From the human T2T-CHM13v2.0 reference genome, Homo sapiens, in assembly GCF_009914755.1 (NCBI RefSeq), contig NC_060943.1: a stretch of 64,000 bases of DNA; one strand, given 5' to 3'. Positions 24,201-44,000 of this stretch are shown here, in pieces (positions within the stretch are counted from its first letter, which is position 1; each line of letters begins with the position of its first letter). A program made the position numbers and the translations under genes. The notes beneath the pieces are model-generated. The model was not told the origin of the DNA. It worked only from the letters and a program-made list of their open reading frames with translations, and did no database searches.

Positions 24201-24797
24201 AAAAAGGAAAATGAAAAACAACTTTTCAAATGTGTTCTTCTCTCCTAATACAAATATACTTTTATTTCAGAAGAAAAGACTATAGCTAGGTGTTTTTTTC
24301 CTTTCATTTTTTAGGCATACCTCTTAACATCTCAAGAACACTAAGATTTCTTAGAAAATATTGTGGAGATTGAAATCATGTTCATCAGGTCAGCATCCTT
24401 CCTTGCAAGTTTTTCTCACAGTTCCAGAGCTCTTTAGCTTCTCCATGTAGAGAAGTGATTTAGCTCCTAACATGAATAGCATTGCGTTAGCACTTGATTA
24501 TATCCTGTTTTGAATGTAGTCAGCATTTTTTCATTGGTAATGTATTCTCGCCACCTAGAATTGCAAATGTTTGAAGAGCAAGGAGTATCTCATTTTTTTC
24601 TTTTTCCTAATATGTACAGCATAACTAGGCAGAAAAGTTGTCCAATAACTTACCTGACCCGGATCATTTAGACCCTTAGTGCAGTTACTTATACATAGTG
24701 TTTTTAATCCCAAAGTGAGAACAGCATAACTCTTTACCCTAGAGCTGCATTGGAATGTGAACACTGAGTGAGCAAGATCATATTTGTGTCATTTTAG

Positions 24798-25232
<435 letters not shown>

Positions 25233-26027
25233 TGAAACTTGTTCTTCTAACACCAGTTTTTGAATGGTTATTCTCTTCCCTACTAGTGTAACTTGCCTCC
25301 TTTACCTTTATTGATTTCTTATGCATACCAGGGTCTATTTCTGAGCTCTTGTTTTACTGATGTTTACCTAATTCTACTCAAGCACCATATTGTTGTCATC
25401 ATCCCTGACTTCAAACATTTCTGAATCCTTTAGACAAGCTGATGTTTAGTTTTTTGAACTGGTTTAAATATTTTCCTTTCCTTAAAAGGTGAGTTTATTG
25501 AGTTAACATGTATTACAGCTATTTTCTTCCCTCTGCCTTTTTCTTTTTTGTATTTCTTGTGTTATTTATTCTTGTTTTGTTGTTTATTAGGTCTGTTTTT
25601 TTCTCACTCTCTTCTTTATACCACCCCACCCTTTGAATTAGAAAAGTTTTTAGTTCTACAAGTTGTTACCTTTATGTATTTATATATTTTAAGATCTTTT
25701 AGAATTTTTCTGCTTGGTATTCCAAACATTGTCTTCTGATACCCTTACAAAAGATGAAGAAATTAGCTCATGAATATTACTTTCTTTCCCTGTGTACATC
25801 ATTTCCCCACTTATATTGTGCTCACTGGGATTTTTGACGCAGGGTATTTTATTCAATTTTTTTTTTTTTTTTTTAATTTTCTTGCCTTGCTTTGTAGCTG
25901 TTTTACTGATTTAGAAAGCTAGATAAGAGACGACAGAAATATATTGCAAGAAAATGAACCTCAAATGAGATGGTCCTGGTTTAATCTGTGGCCTGAAGCG
26001 TAGACTTTTCCTACTTTCAGTTCTTCA

Positions 26028-26175
26028 TTTTATTTTATTTTATTTTACTTTTTAAAATTAGAGACAGGATCTTGCTATGTTACCCAGGCTGGAGTTGAAC
26101 TTTTGGGCTCAAGCAATACTCCCACCACAGCTTCTTGAGTAGCTAGGACTACAGGAATGCATCACCACACCTGGC
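26028..26175 (-). mobile_element. Alu monomer (FLAM-like), antisense
   Basis: Single arm; target-site duplication CCTACTTTCAGTTCTT on both sides. Confidence 0.85.
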
Positions 26176-27106
26176 CCTACTTTCAGTTCTTACAGTTTCA
26201 ACAAGAGGATTGTGGGTTACTTGTGGTCCTATGTACATTAATAAATAAGAAATAATGAAAATCAGTAAGCATCTGATTCACAATATTAGAAAAAGAACAA
26301 AATGAATTTAAGGAAAGCCCAGATAAGTTATATGTAGTGATTTATACGTCTACAAATAAAAGTAGGAATAAATGAATTAGAAACAGTAGCGCTACTGAAA
26401 ATAAAGTATTGTACATACTTCATTAGAAAACCAACACAGTATATAAACTAAGGACAAATGAGAGAAAACACAAAAACAAAATAATTATAAATAACCACAC
26501 ATGCATAAGAACTTAAAAGAATCATGTGAATCTATTTTCCTCAACTCTCCATAAAATAATTTGAAAAAATAGATGATATTCTAGAAGAATATAATAATGT
26601 AGGTTACCATAACTGATACCAAGAGGAGATACAACATTTAAACAAGTAAGTTACCATCAGAGAAATGTAGAATGTTGTATAGGAACTGCCTCCCCCAAGA
26701 AAAGAAGCCACATCCCCGAATAGTTCTTTAAGGAAAAATATCATCAATGTTGTTTAAATTGTTCTGGGATAGAGAATAAAAAGAGAGCTTAAAACATTTT
26801 TGTTTATGAATACAGCATATCCGATGATACCAAAATTACCAAAATAGCACCAAAAAGAGAAATTAGAGACAAACCTCAATTATCAATATTGGTTCAAAAT
26901 CTTAAAAGGTCATATTGAAATAGTATACCATGGCCAAGGAGGATTTATTACAGCAGTGCAAGGATGGTTGTATCACCTAATCTTATGTAAGAACCATAAA
27001 AACATGTACCTCTGCTTGTGGGTTTCAATAACTATGTGATTCACATTTTCATTTTCGAAATTTCCATTATTCTAGCATTTAATAAAGGAGACATTTACTT
27101 TCTTAA

Positions 27107-28987
<1,881 letters not shown>

Positions 28988-29544
28988 ATTCAATCTCGTA
29001 AATGCTTCTAGCATCCATCTGCTTTTTTCCAGCACATGTCCCATCATCATAGTCCAAGACGCAACCATCTCATCTGGATTTCTGCAGTAGCATAACTGTT
29101 GCCCCTTTTGCTTCTATCAACTACATGTTTAACACTGTAGGCAGCCTAACCTTTTAAAAATAAAAATACATAATTTATGTTATTTTCCCATTTAAAACAC
29201 TTGATTTGAAAAATATATTAACTAATCCATTTCAAGGATTTAGCACACACTGGCATATAGTTATTGCTAAATAAATGCTAGCCATTAAGGTAAAGGTTTC
29301 CTTACAAACTATCATATTAAGCAGCAAGTAAACCAAACAGTAAGTCTAAGACTAAGATTTTAGAGCAGACAGAAGACTACTCTCCTGGTAGAGAGGAAAG
29401 ATGAACAAACTCAGAATTGAAAGATTTATGGTACACAAGGTAACATGGTGGCTTATCACTCCCTCTGTGACATTGTTGATGAGCAACTCTCACTTTACCT
29501 GACACTGAGAAGTGAGAATCAGCCAATTAGAACAAAAGCTTTTA

Positions 29545-29845
29545 GCTGGGTGCGGTGGCTCATGCCTGTAGTCCCAGCACTTTGGGAGGCTGAGGCAGGC
29601 AGATTGCTTGAGCTCAGGAGTTCGAGACCAACCTGAGCAACATGGTGAAACCCTGTCTCTACAAAAAATACAGAAATTAGCCAGGCGTGGTGGTGCACAC
29701 CTGTAGTCCTAGCTACTCAGGAGGCTGAAGCAGGAGGATTGCTTGAGCCCAGGAGGTAGAGGTTGCAGTGAGTCATGATCACACCACTGCAATTCCAGCT
29801 GGGCAGCAGAGCCAGACACTGTCTCAAGGAAAAACAAAGAACAAA
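29545..29845 (+). mobile_element. Alu (J/S) downstream of the ZNF470 stop codon
   Basis: Dimeric sense Alu. Confidence 0.9.
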
Positions 29846-31149
29846 AGCATTTGGTAGAATGTAGGACTAACCAGGGTAGGTAGTAGTAAACCAAAAGTAA
29901 CAAGCCAAAAAAACTTGAATAGATTAATAGCCATGAAACACTGAAAAGGGTAGTTCAATACTTTGGCCTTTATAAAAGTACCACAGACAATTCGTGTGGT
30001 ATTTAAATTGTTCTAGCATAAAATAAAATGCAATAAGACCTTCCATCTTGTTCCATGAGATTGACAAGACATGCCAAAACATAAAAATATGTACACTGCA
30101 ATTAGTTTCTGAATGTAGATGTTACAACTTAAACTTATTTTTAAAATATTTAAAAATAGGAAGGCTAGACATGCCTCTGTATAGAAAATCTGATAAAAAT
30201 ATTTCTCCCTAAATTGTAAATTCATTGATATTCCAGTAAAAATTTCCATATTTTTTTAGTTGAGAAGCTGATTCTGATCATCTGTAGAATTTTGATTTTA
30301 ACGAGGAATGTAGTTTACATTAGGAATGTAGTACTAATACTAATTGAACATTTGCTAATGTTTCACACACTATTTTAGGTGCTGGGGGATACAGTAAGGT
30401 ACAAGATGGACAAAAATACGTGCTCTTACAGATCTAGTAGAACAGAAAAAATTAAATGCATGCTATGTGATAAGTATATGATATGTCCCATAAAGAGAAA
30501 TGATATAAAAAAGAAGCTAGGGAGTGCTGGATCAGGCACCTTACTATCCCCAGAACATGTTGGTATTAGAGGATGAGGGAAGAACTAGAGGTAACTGTGA
30601 GACACAAAAGGCATAATGAAAATAGTCATGATAGTCCCAAGGCAGATATTGTTTATGATGCTTTGAGTGTTGGAGGAAGGGAGGATTGATGGTTTAACAG
30701 AGATCATGGCAGTTATGTTCACTCATATAAATGTTGATTTAGAAGCTGGTGGAAGGGTATTTTTTGAGTGACAGCTTTATTGAGACAAAGCAATTCTGGA
30801 GAACACCCATATCCTTCTCTCTGTATCCATCAGCAGAAGTGAAGAGGGAGCCCCAAAGTTCCACTTAAAGTGTACAACTTATGGCTTTTAGTTCATTCAC
30901 GGAGTTGTGCAACCATCACCACCATCAATTTTAGAACATTTTCATCACCTCAAAGAGGAATCCCTTGTCCTTTTGTAGTTATGGCCATCCCTGGAAGAGT
31001 ACTTTTTTTTTTTTCAACTGAAGCACCCAGAGCTCTTGGGTTCCCTCTTAACTGCTTTCTGTGGAAGTATAGAGGGCCATGTGAGGGAAGCCGTTATCCA
31101 GAGTACATGACTGCTAGAAAATGGAGTTTGGGGCTCCCTCTTCACTTCT

Positions 31150-32090
31150 GCTGATAGAAGCATAATGGCTAGGGGATGGGTAGTCTCACCAGAGAATGTG
31201 GAGCTTTCAGACTCTCCTTATATATGATAAAAAGGATTTTTCATTGTAGTGGGGAAAAGGTGGTTTGATCAAATGGCATTGGGAAACTTAGCTCACTGGA
31301 AAAACAGATCTGTACCTTTCACACTAATGAAATGCCTGAGATATTAAAGGTCTAAATGTAAAATTAAAGTACATGAAAAACAGAATAATATATATGTACC
31401 CTTGGTTTGAAATAGACTTTAAGCACTAATGCATAACCCCAAAGCTGACATTAGGCTTTTATATGGTGGAAAACATCATAGTCAATAGATAAATGAGAGA
31501 CTGACACAAAGTGTTTGCAACAGATATAATAAAGGACTGTAATTCGTGATATTCAAAGTACTATTACAAACCAATAATAATCTGCAACTTAGAAAAATGG
31601 ACTAATGTCCCATTCACAAAAGATGCAATAAAAGCAGTTAATGAAAATTATCCAATATCACTAGAAATCAAGAAATGCAAATTAAAGTGATTATCTACTT
31701 TTTCCCCAAAAGACTGACTAATCGAGTGATAACATTCAGTATTGGTGAATGTGTGGAAACAAGGGAATTCCATTGTTGATTACATATCTATTGCTTTATG
31801 TATATACCCTTTGAATTAATATTCCTTGGAAACCAACATATACAAAGGTAGATAAATGTATTAGTGGCAAAAAAATTAATGGTAAACTATTAAAACAACA
31901 AGTGTCCATCAGGGTAATAAATAAATTAATTATGGTATATATCCATTCAATAGGAATTATGCAGCTGTTGAAAAAAAATCAATGTGTGTAGTCATAGAAA
32001 GATAGCTGTGCTATACTAAATGAAAAATTGCAGACCTGTATTGTAGTATAGGCCCATAATTGTGATATCAAAAATAAAAATCAAAATATA
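31150..32090 (+). mobile_element. Old L1 (L1ME-like) 3' remnants
   Basis: AAGAAATGCAAATTAAAG; GATAACATTCAGTATTGGTGAATGTGTGGAAACAAGG; TTATGGTATATATCCATTCAATAGG. Confidence 0.6.
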
Positions 32091-32929
32091 TATTATAGTA
32101 GGCATTTGTTTTTCTCTGCCCAGTTTCCCTTGCCTCCTCCTTTTGGCTGCACTATCTCATCTTTTCCTTTTGAGTAACTGGCCATACCCTACCATATGTT
32201 TTTGATGGACGTGGCCAATAAAATTGTCTCTGAATTTCAAAAGGCATTTGGATCTGTGTCATCCAATGGCAACTCCCTAAAAGCTGATGCAGTTATTCTT
32301 TTGATTGGTCCTTGGAACCACCCTGGTTTTTGTACTTTCCAAGTCTGTGATTCCTCAAACTACCCATTGTCTTTCCGGTACTTGATTTTTGCCTCCTGTT
32401 GGTCAGTTGCTTGCAAGTAAAGAAACAATCATACAGAATTTGGTACGAAGATTGGGTAATGGGCATTAGAATCTTTGGAAAAATCAGGTATTGGGAGTTG
32501 CTTTTTGGATGAGATGGGGCGAATAAGACTTATATTCTAGACTGGAAAGCATCTCATGGTGTGCGATGAGCAAACGCCTGATTATTCATTATAGTCACCT
32601 GGGATGAATAGAGGTCTAGGGTTCTGGATAATGATAATTTAAGGAGGATGGAGAATGCTGAATCCAAAAGGTATATGTAATACTGGTATCTAACTGCTTG
32701 GAATAACTTAAAGTTTAGCTCTTGAATTTCTAGCATTAAGGCAAAAAAAATTCACCTAAGGGATTTTGTATGATATTGTTGAAAGATGTCTTACATTGTT
32801 TAAAGTCATAGGGTTAAGATGGCTCATAACCAAATTTAGAGACTATTTTTATGCATTGTTAAAGTGGAATGCTGGTTAAATTTTATACTTTATTCACAAG
32901 AGTCACTGTGAATTGAATTGTGAATTCAG

Positions 32930-33342
32930 TTCTGAATTGTGTTCCCACCAGCACCACCAAATGCTGGCCTCTACCACCACCAAATTTACTTGTTGAAGTC
33001 CTAAACCCCAACATGACTGTATTTGGACATAAGGCCTTTAAGAAACTAAGGTTAAGTTAGGCCATAAGAGTGAGGCCCTAATCCCATAGGACTAGTGTCC
33101 TTATAAGAGGAAGAGACACCAGAGGTTTGTCTCTCCACATGTGCACAGAGGAAATGCTGTGTAAGGACACAACAAGAATGCTGCCATCTGCAAGCCAGGA
33201 GGAGAGACCTCACCAGGAACCAGCCCTGCCAGCACCTTGATCTTGGACTTTTAATCTCCAGGACTGTGAGAAAATAAATGTTGGTTGTTTAAGCCACCCA
33301 GTCTGTGGTATATTGTTACGGCAGCCTGAACTGATTAATGCA
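32930..33342 (+). mobile_element. MLT1A-type MaLR LTR carrying AATAAA at 33273-33278
   Basis: TGTTGAAGTCCTAAACCCCA...GCCATCTGCAAGCCAGGA...ACTGTGAGAAAATAAATGTTGGTTGTTTAAGCCACCCAGTCTGTGGTA. Confidence 0.85.
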
Positions 33343-33723
33343 ATTACCATATAATTTATTGTTCAAACTGGGACATTTTTGAGAGTGAAAGGAGTAGCTA
33401 ACTGCACAGGGCACTTGACAACAGGTGTTCATATCCTCAGCAAAGCAGGATATATGGTCATACTTCTTGTGTAACAGAATATTGAACAGAAAAAAATATA
33501 GCTCTACTATTGGAAAGGTGATATTGGAGATGAGCCAAAGGATTGGAATATACTGAACTTCCGGATTCGTGTGATATACCACCTATTAACATCTGTTTGC
33601 ATAGGTACATATGGCTGTTCTGAAGAGACAGCTAACAGTTCATCTTATTCCCCCATTCCATTGTTGCTCACATGGAATAACAAAGTGAATTTAACATGAC
33701 CATAACATTAAATGCAAAAATCA

Positions 33724-34000
<277 letters not shown>

Positions 34001-34491
34001 TCATACATATGTACAAAATTAAAATAGGGCAAAGAGTAACTGTATCTTAGAAGAATTTTCGGCAGTTAGTTTACTAGTGTAGATTAAGAAAAATCTAGGG
34101 CATTTGTGGAAGTGAAATTTGAGGAGGCTGAATATATTGACAAAGTAGCTTGAGTAGCCTGCCATGGTTTTAAGAATTTGTTGAACTCATCCATGTACCA
34201 AATGCTGGCCGCTAATAAATTACATTATAAGGCCAGAAATCTCTTAACATAATGTAAAGGATGTTGTTCAGACTTCAAAAGGCAGGATTGCTGGATTGGT
34301 TCTTGTGTTGCAACATCAGGTCTCCTGACAAGAGTCCAGAAACCTATACATTCATTCTTCCCGTGAGAAAAACACCATTTGTCTAATGGATTTTAAAACC
34401 ATTACACCGACTCTCTGGCAGATCAAGAATGCTATGTAGAGAGGTTGTAACTGAAGGAGCATCTCTGATCAAAAGACTAATTGAAATGGGA

Positions 34492-34633
34492 ATGACACCA
34501 AACTGCCCCACCAGGTGAGCCTCCTCTGGGACTAATGTGACTTCAGAGAGAGCCTTTAACTCAGCATGGCCTGAGAGTCCTTGGGCAGATTGGGGCCTTG
34601 GGGAGGTTTTTTGGGGCTCCTGGTGGCAGAAGC
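34492..34633 (+). pseudogene. Inverted partial copy of the Siglec pseudogene (end of the C2-set exon plus intron start)
   Basis: Reverse complement of about 39833-39978; shares CAGGTGAGCCTCCTCTGGGACTA and GAGAGCCTTTAACTCAGCAT. Confidence 0.85.
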
Positions 34634-35135
34634 AAAGAACAATTTAAAAATAAGGTTTAAAAAATTCTACCTACAATAGCATCAAAAGGAATTAAATACT
34701 TAGGAATCAACAAAAGTACAAAAGTTAGATTCTGAAAACTATAAAATATTGTTGAAAGAAAATCCCATATTTATGCATTGGAAGGCTTAATATTATTAAG
34801 ATGGCAATGCTTCCCAACATTATCTACATGTTCAATGCAATCTAATTTCCTTTTTGTGGGAATTGATAAGCTGATCCTAAAATTCATATGGAAGCACAAG
34901 GGACTCAGAATAGCCAAAACAATATTTAAAAAGCAAAACAAAGCTGGAGAGTCACACTTTCCAATTTTAAATCAAAACTGTAGTAACCAAGACTATGCAG
35001 TACTGGCATAAGGATAGTTATAGAGATCAATGGAATAGAAATTAAGGTCCAGAAATAAACCCATACATTTATGCTCAATTGATTTTCAACAAGGATGTCA
35101 AAACAATTTAATGTGGGATAAGAAGAGTTGTTTCA

Positions 35136-35793
<658 letters not shown>

Positions 35794-36023
35794 AGAAAGA
35801 TTGAATTTGGACCCCTACCTCACACTATATATGAAAATGAATGCAAATAGATCAAATATCTAAATGCAATAACCGAAATCGTAAAACTCTTAGAAGAAAC
35901 ATAGTGGTATATATTCATGACCTTGGATTTGGAAATAGTTTCATAGATATAACTGTCAAAGTACAAGCAACAAAAGCAAAACAAGTTGGACTATTATCAG
36001 AATTAAAAACATCTATGCTTCAA

Positions 36024-36323
36024 GGCTGGGCATGGTACCTCATGCCTGTAATCCCAGGACTTTGGGAGGCTAAGGTGAGAGGATCACTTGAGGAAAAGTT
36101 TGAGACTAGCCTGGGCAACATAGTGAGATCTAGTCTCTACAAAAAAAAAAAAAATTAATAGATGAGTTGGTGCATGCCTGTAATCCCAGCTACTCGAGAG
36201 GCTGAGGTGAGAAGATTGCTTGAGCCTGGGAGATCAAGGCTTCAGTGAGCTGTGATCGCACCACCACACATCAGCCCAGGTGACAGAGCAAGACACTGTC
36301 TTAAAAACAAAAAAACAAAAAAA
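36024..36323 (+). mobile_element. AluJ element
   Basis: Dimeric Alu flanked by ATCTATGCTTCA repeats. Confidence 0.9.
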
Positions 36324-37105
36324 TCTATGCTTCAGAAGACACCATCGAGAAAGTGAAACAATTCACAAAATGAGAGAAGATATTTGCAAATCATTTATCT
36401 GTAAAGGACATGAATCCAGAATTACAACTTAACAATAACAAGACAAATAACCCAATTAAAAATAGGCAAAAGGTTTGAATAGACATTTATCCAAAGAAAA
36501 TATATGAATGAAAAACAAGTATATGAAAAGATGCTCAACATCACTCGCCATTAGGGAAATGTGTATCAAAACCACGATGATCTGCCCCCTGAAAGGGCCA
36601 GACAGGGGAAGGAATGCTGCGGTGGGGTTTTGTCATCCTGAGGATGGATAGGTGACAGAGCCTTCCCAATGTTCTCACTCTCCAATGACAGCTGGAAATG
36701 CAGTGTTTTGTTTTGTGAAAATGAAGGCAGATGAGTCATGAGAAGAATGGGCTAAAAATCCTGTAACGTGTGCGCACATATTTATTCCATCTTTATTTTG
36801 TTCTAACAAAACACCTTGTATAAAGGAACCAGCCACGTATTCCTTTGTTCCCACTGAAAGAGTTTTTTCTTTATTAAAAAGAAGTGCACACATATTGATC
36901 TACTTTAAGCACACACACATCGATCTTTACATTCAATGTAATTCAAAAAAAATCAAAGTAAGATTTTTAATTGACGATTGTAGACTGATTCTGTTACCAC
37001 AACTGGACTGGGAGTTCTTTGGCTCTCATGTAAGTAGAAATTAACATCATGCCAAACAGAAATTTTCTCAGGCAAGGTTTAAGAGGCTTGAAGCTCAAGC
37101 TATGC

Positions 37106-37522
37106 AAAGTCACTTCCACATTTTTCGGTATCTTTTCAGCAGCACCCCACTCTACTGGTACCAATTTACTGTATTAGTCTGTTTTCATGCTGCTGATAAA
37201 GGCATACCCAAGACTGGGGAGAAAAAGAGGTTTAATTAGATTTACAGTACCACATGGCTGAGGAGACCTCAGAATCATGGTGGGAGGTGAAAGGCACTTC
37301 TTACATGGTGGCGGCAAGAGAAAATGTGAAAGAAGCAAAAGCGGAACCCCCGATAAACCCATCAGTTCTTGTGAGACTTATTCACTATCACGAGAATAGC
37401 ATGGGAAAGACCATGCCCCATGATTCAGTTACCTCCCTCTGGGTCCTTCCCACAACACGTGGGAATCCTGGGAGGTACAATTCAAGTTGAGCTTTGGTTG
37501 GGGACACAGCCAAACCATATCA
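37106..37522 (-). mobile_element. THE1 (THE1A-like) LTR (37170-37522) with a short internal stub
   Basis: TGGTACCAATTTAC|TGTATTAGTCTGTTTTCATGCTGCTGATAAAG ... GGGGACACAGCCAAACCATATCA. Confidence 0.88.
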
Positions 37523-37548
37523 CTATCCTTTGGGAAACATAAATTTAG

Positions 37549-37895
<347 letters not shown>

Positions 37896-38956
37896 GACAA
37901 GTTCCCATTTCTTACTAAAGGGAAGTCTTGGCAATAACTGAACAATGTCTCTGGCAGTTTACCCCAGAAGGACAAACTTTGACTTTTACAGGAAGCTGGC
38001 CAGGAGTGACATAGGAGCCATCTGTTAAGTTGAAGGAATTGACATTTCTAGATCACGGTGGAAAAACTCCCACCACCCACCCAATGTGGCCTTCACACTG
38101 ACATGTTTGTTGTGTTCCTTGTATCCAAGGAGCCTGGAACTCAGAATGCATGTACCTCATGGAACATTAAGGAACAGTCTTCATAAGGGCATAAGGGCTG
38201 CTGTCCTTGTGACTAAGCACTATTAATACAGTGCCCAAACAGGGACAGTCTGAGTTACACGCAATTTAGAGTCACTCAAATTGATCCCTCAGTTTTTGAT
38301 TAATAGCATATTGGTGTTTTAAATAAAGTATTTTCAGAAGAGTACAAAGGGCTTTAATTAAATCTGAGTAATTTTAAAGGAAATATATGATCAAAAAAGA
38401 GGAAAAATGTGCCTCAAAATAGACATAAATGGCTTAAATGAATGCTAAAACTGAAAATCAAAATAATTTAGAATGCACATACTAATTTGGAAACAGGTAA
38501 AACAGACATAAGAGTTTTATTTGTAGGGGGAGGGTCTGTAAAGTTAATTATGTGAACTTCTGCGTTGTAACTATGTATTTTTACAATCTACTCTTTGACT
38601 ATTTCCTTCTTTGGGGAACAATGATTTAGATATCCTGAAAATGCCACATCAGTAAGTTGAACAAGAAGAACGGGAGCTTTAAGAACAAGATTCAAGATGA
38701 AACAACACAAGTGTTGAATATTTTATAAATAGCTAAAGGCAGAAAACGTTGCCAATTATCTCAGACTTCCAGAAAGTGAAAACAAACAAACAAACAAACT
38801 AAAGTCTTAATTGAAAAGAAGAAAGAAAGACATGAAGAAAGAAATAGAGAATACATGTTGAGAGTGGGGACAGGTAAGTACCAGCTGGACTCTTACCCTG
38901 GGCTGTTGGTCCTGAGGATGCGGTATAGGTTCAGCCTAGGCACTGGCTCCACCCCT

Positions 38957-39359
38957 TGAAATAGTTTGGATATTTGTCCCTGCCCAAAATCTCATGTTAG
39001 ATTGTAATCCCCAGTGCTGGAGATGGGGCCTGGTGGGAGGTGTTTGGATCATGGGGCAGGTCCCTCATGGCACGGTGCTGTCTTCTCGATAATGAGTGAG
39101 TTCTTGTGAGATTAGGTCCTTTAAAAATGTGTGGCACATTTCGCCCCTTCTGTCTTGCTCATGTGTTTTTGCCATGTGATGTGCGGCTCCCCTTTCACCT
39201 TTTGCCATGATTGTAAGCCTCCTGTGGCCTCCCCAGAAGTCAAGCAAATGCCAATGTCATGTTTGCTGTACAGCCTGCAGAACTGTGAGCCAATTAAACC
39301 TCTTTTCCTTATAAACTACCAGGTATTTCTTTACAGTAATGCAAGAATGGCCTAATACA
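38957..39359 (+). mobile_element. MST (MSTA/MSTB) MaLR LTR
   Basis: TGAAATAGTTTGGATATTTGTCCC...CAGAACTGTGAGCCAATTAAACCTCTTTTC...GGCCTAATACA. Confidence 0.88.
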
Positions 39360-39898
39360 CTCCTCAAGGACCTCATCTCTGAGAGATCACACAGTTCTTA
39401 AATCAGAGGGGCAGTTCGTTGCTGAATCCAGGAAGACAGGCCCCAGGTCCAGGTTCTGGAATGAGTCCTGGAGGCAGTAAAGGGTCTGCTTGCCTGGTGG
39501 GGAATATTCAGAGGGCATCACTGAGGAGGGGGCCCACTCTCTGAGCAGGTGAGGACCAGCAGCCAGAGCTCCCACCAGCCCACAGGGGCAAGGAGGGAGG
39601 CCACCTTGGGCAAAGGAGATGAAGGAAAAGGAGGTGAGGGTGCTGAATGAAGGCTGCGGTCCTGTCCTCTGCCTCACCCCCAAAACCCAGAGGTCAGCCT
39701 CCAGCCCCTCACACTCCACAGAGAGGCCTTGGGAGGCTTGATGGAAACCCACTGAGTACTGAGCTCCAGGTCCCAGGAGAGCTTATAGCCACCCCCAAGT
39801 CACCACCACCTGCTGCTCTGGTAGGGGCCCTGGCTTCTGCCTCCAGGAACCCCTAACAAGCCTCCTCAAGGCCCCCAACAACCTGCGCAAGGACTCTC

Positions 39899-40895
39899 GG
39901 GAAATGCTGAGTTAAAGGCTCTCTGAGGTCACACTAGTCCCAGAGGAGGCTCACCTGTCAGGGGAGGTTGGTGCCATGGTCTGGAGGCTCTGGGTTGAGG
40001 ATGAGCATTGGAGTTGTGGGGCCCAGGGAGGCCAGGCAAGCCCCCATTCAGGAGGAGGTAGAGACTGAACCCCCCTCACAGACCCAGGAAACAAAGACCA
40101 CCATCCTTGGGTGTCCAAGTTCCGGGATCTCTGGATCACGGACATTCAGCTGCTGGCTCAGAGGCGGGAGGAGAGAGGGGCAGAGACCAGAACTCAGAGA
40201 GGACTTCAGGGGATCCCCCAAGACTGCCCCCTTTTCAAATCTGAGCCTGCTCCTGCCCGCTCACTGGGAGAGGTGAGAGGGTCCCATTCCAGCTCAGCTC
40301 GTGGAGTGAGAGGCCCACACTCCATCCCTTGTGCCCTCCCTAGAACCAATTCCGTACCTGGCACATGCACTGACAGCCCGTTAATTCAGTCACATCATCT
40401 GACAGTAGGTCCTCTCTTTACCTGAACGTAGCACCTCCCTGTATCCCCCATCTAGGCATCTCTGATGCTCAGGGAGCAGTTATAGGTTTGGGGGTGCCCC
40501 AGGAAGGCAAATGGGCTCTGGGTCTCCTCCTACATTTTGTGGGGAGGGTCATTGTGGCCACTGGATCATTCAAATTAAAAACGTGGACTCGGCACCCCTG
40601 AGCTGGAAAAACGTCAGACAGGACATTCTGGGGGAGGTTAGAGGCACAGGGCATCAGGACACACAGGCCCTCCTGCACCTACACTGAATTCCTTCACTCA
40701 CAGCTGGAATCGTGGATCCTGAGCCAGGCACTCTGGAAGAAACATCTGGGGAGGAATAGCTGTGGTTGGTTCCAAAGGACCAACAACCTGGGGCCCCAAC
40801 AACCCCTCCCTTCTGAACCTCCCTTGGGATCACTCACACTCCCTGCATCCCCACACACACATAAAGCAGAGGCCACAGCAGCAGCTCAGTGGCAT
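39899..40895 (-). pseudogene. SIGLEC31P: Unprocessed CD33-related Siglec pseudogene: leader (about 40895-40838), V-set exon (40732-40358), C2-set exon (about 40163-39899)
   Basis: Translations across frameshifts: MPL-LLLWPLL; CLAQDPRFQL*VKEFSV/VQEGLCVLMPC; DPVAT/NDP..*EETQSPFAFLGHPQTYNCSLSIRDA*MGDTGRCYVQVKRG...LSVHVP; LSQQLNV..PE..ELGHPR..SWVCEGG..*MGA.LASLGPTT.ML.L.PEPPDHGTNL. Many stops and frameshifts. Siglec identity is strong; the symbol is from recall only. Confidence 0.85.
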
Positions 40896-41039
40896 CTCTA
40901 TGCTGGAGAACCAGGCCCACCCCCATACCATCCAGTTCCTCTTTTGGGGAAGAAAGAGGAAAAGCCCCACTGGAAGCCACTGGGAAGGGTCAGGATGGCG
41001 ATTGAACCCAGAAGGGAAACTTCAGATACACAGTCCTTG

Positions 41040-44000
<2,961 letters not shown>

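Noticed and set aside
36580-36960. Non-repetitive-looking block with an AP-1 site (TGAGTCA near 36732) interrupting L1/LTR sequence
   Set aside because: Origin cannot be assigned without a search; a single 7-mer is not evidence of an enhancer
39387-39830. Possible further Siglec exons (linker, transmembrane) downstream of the C2-set exon
   Set aside because: GC-rich with a candidate minus-strand acceptor, but I could not obtain a convincing Siglec-like translation
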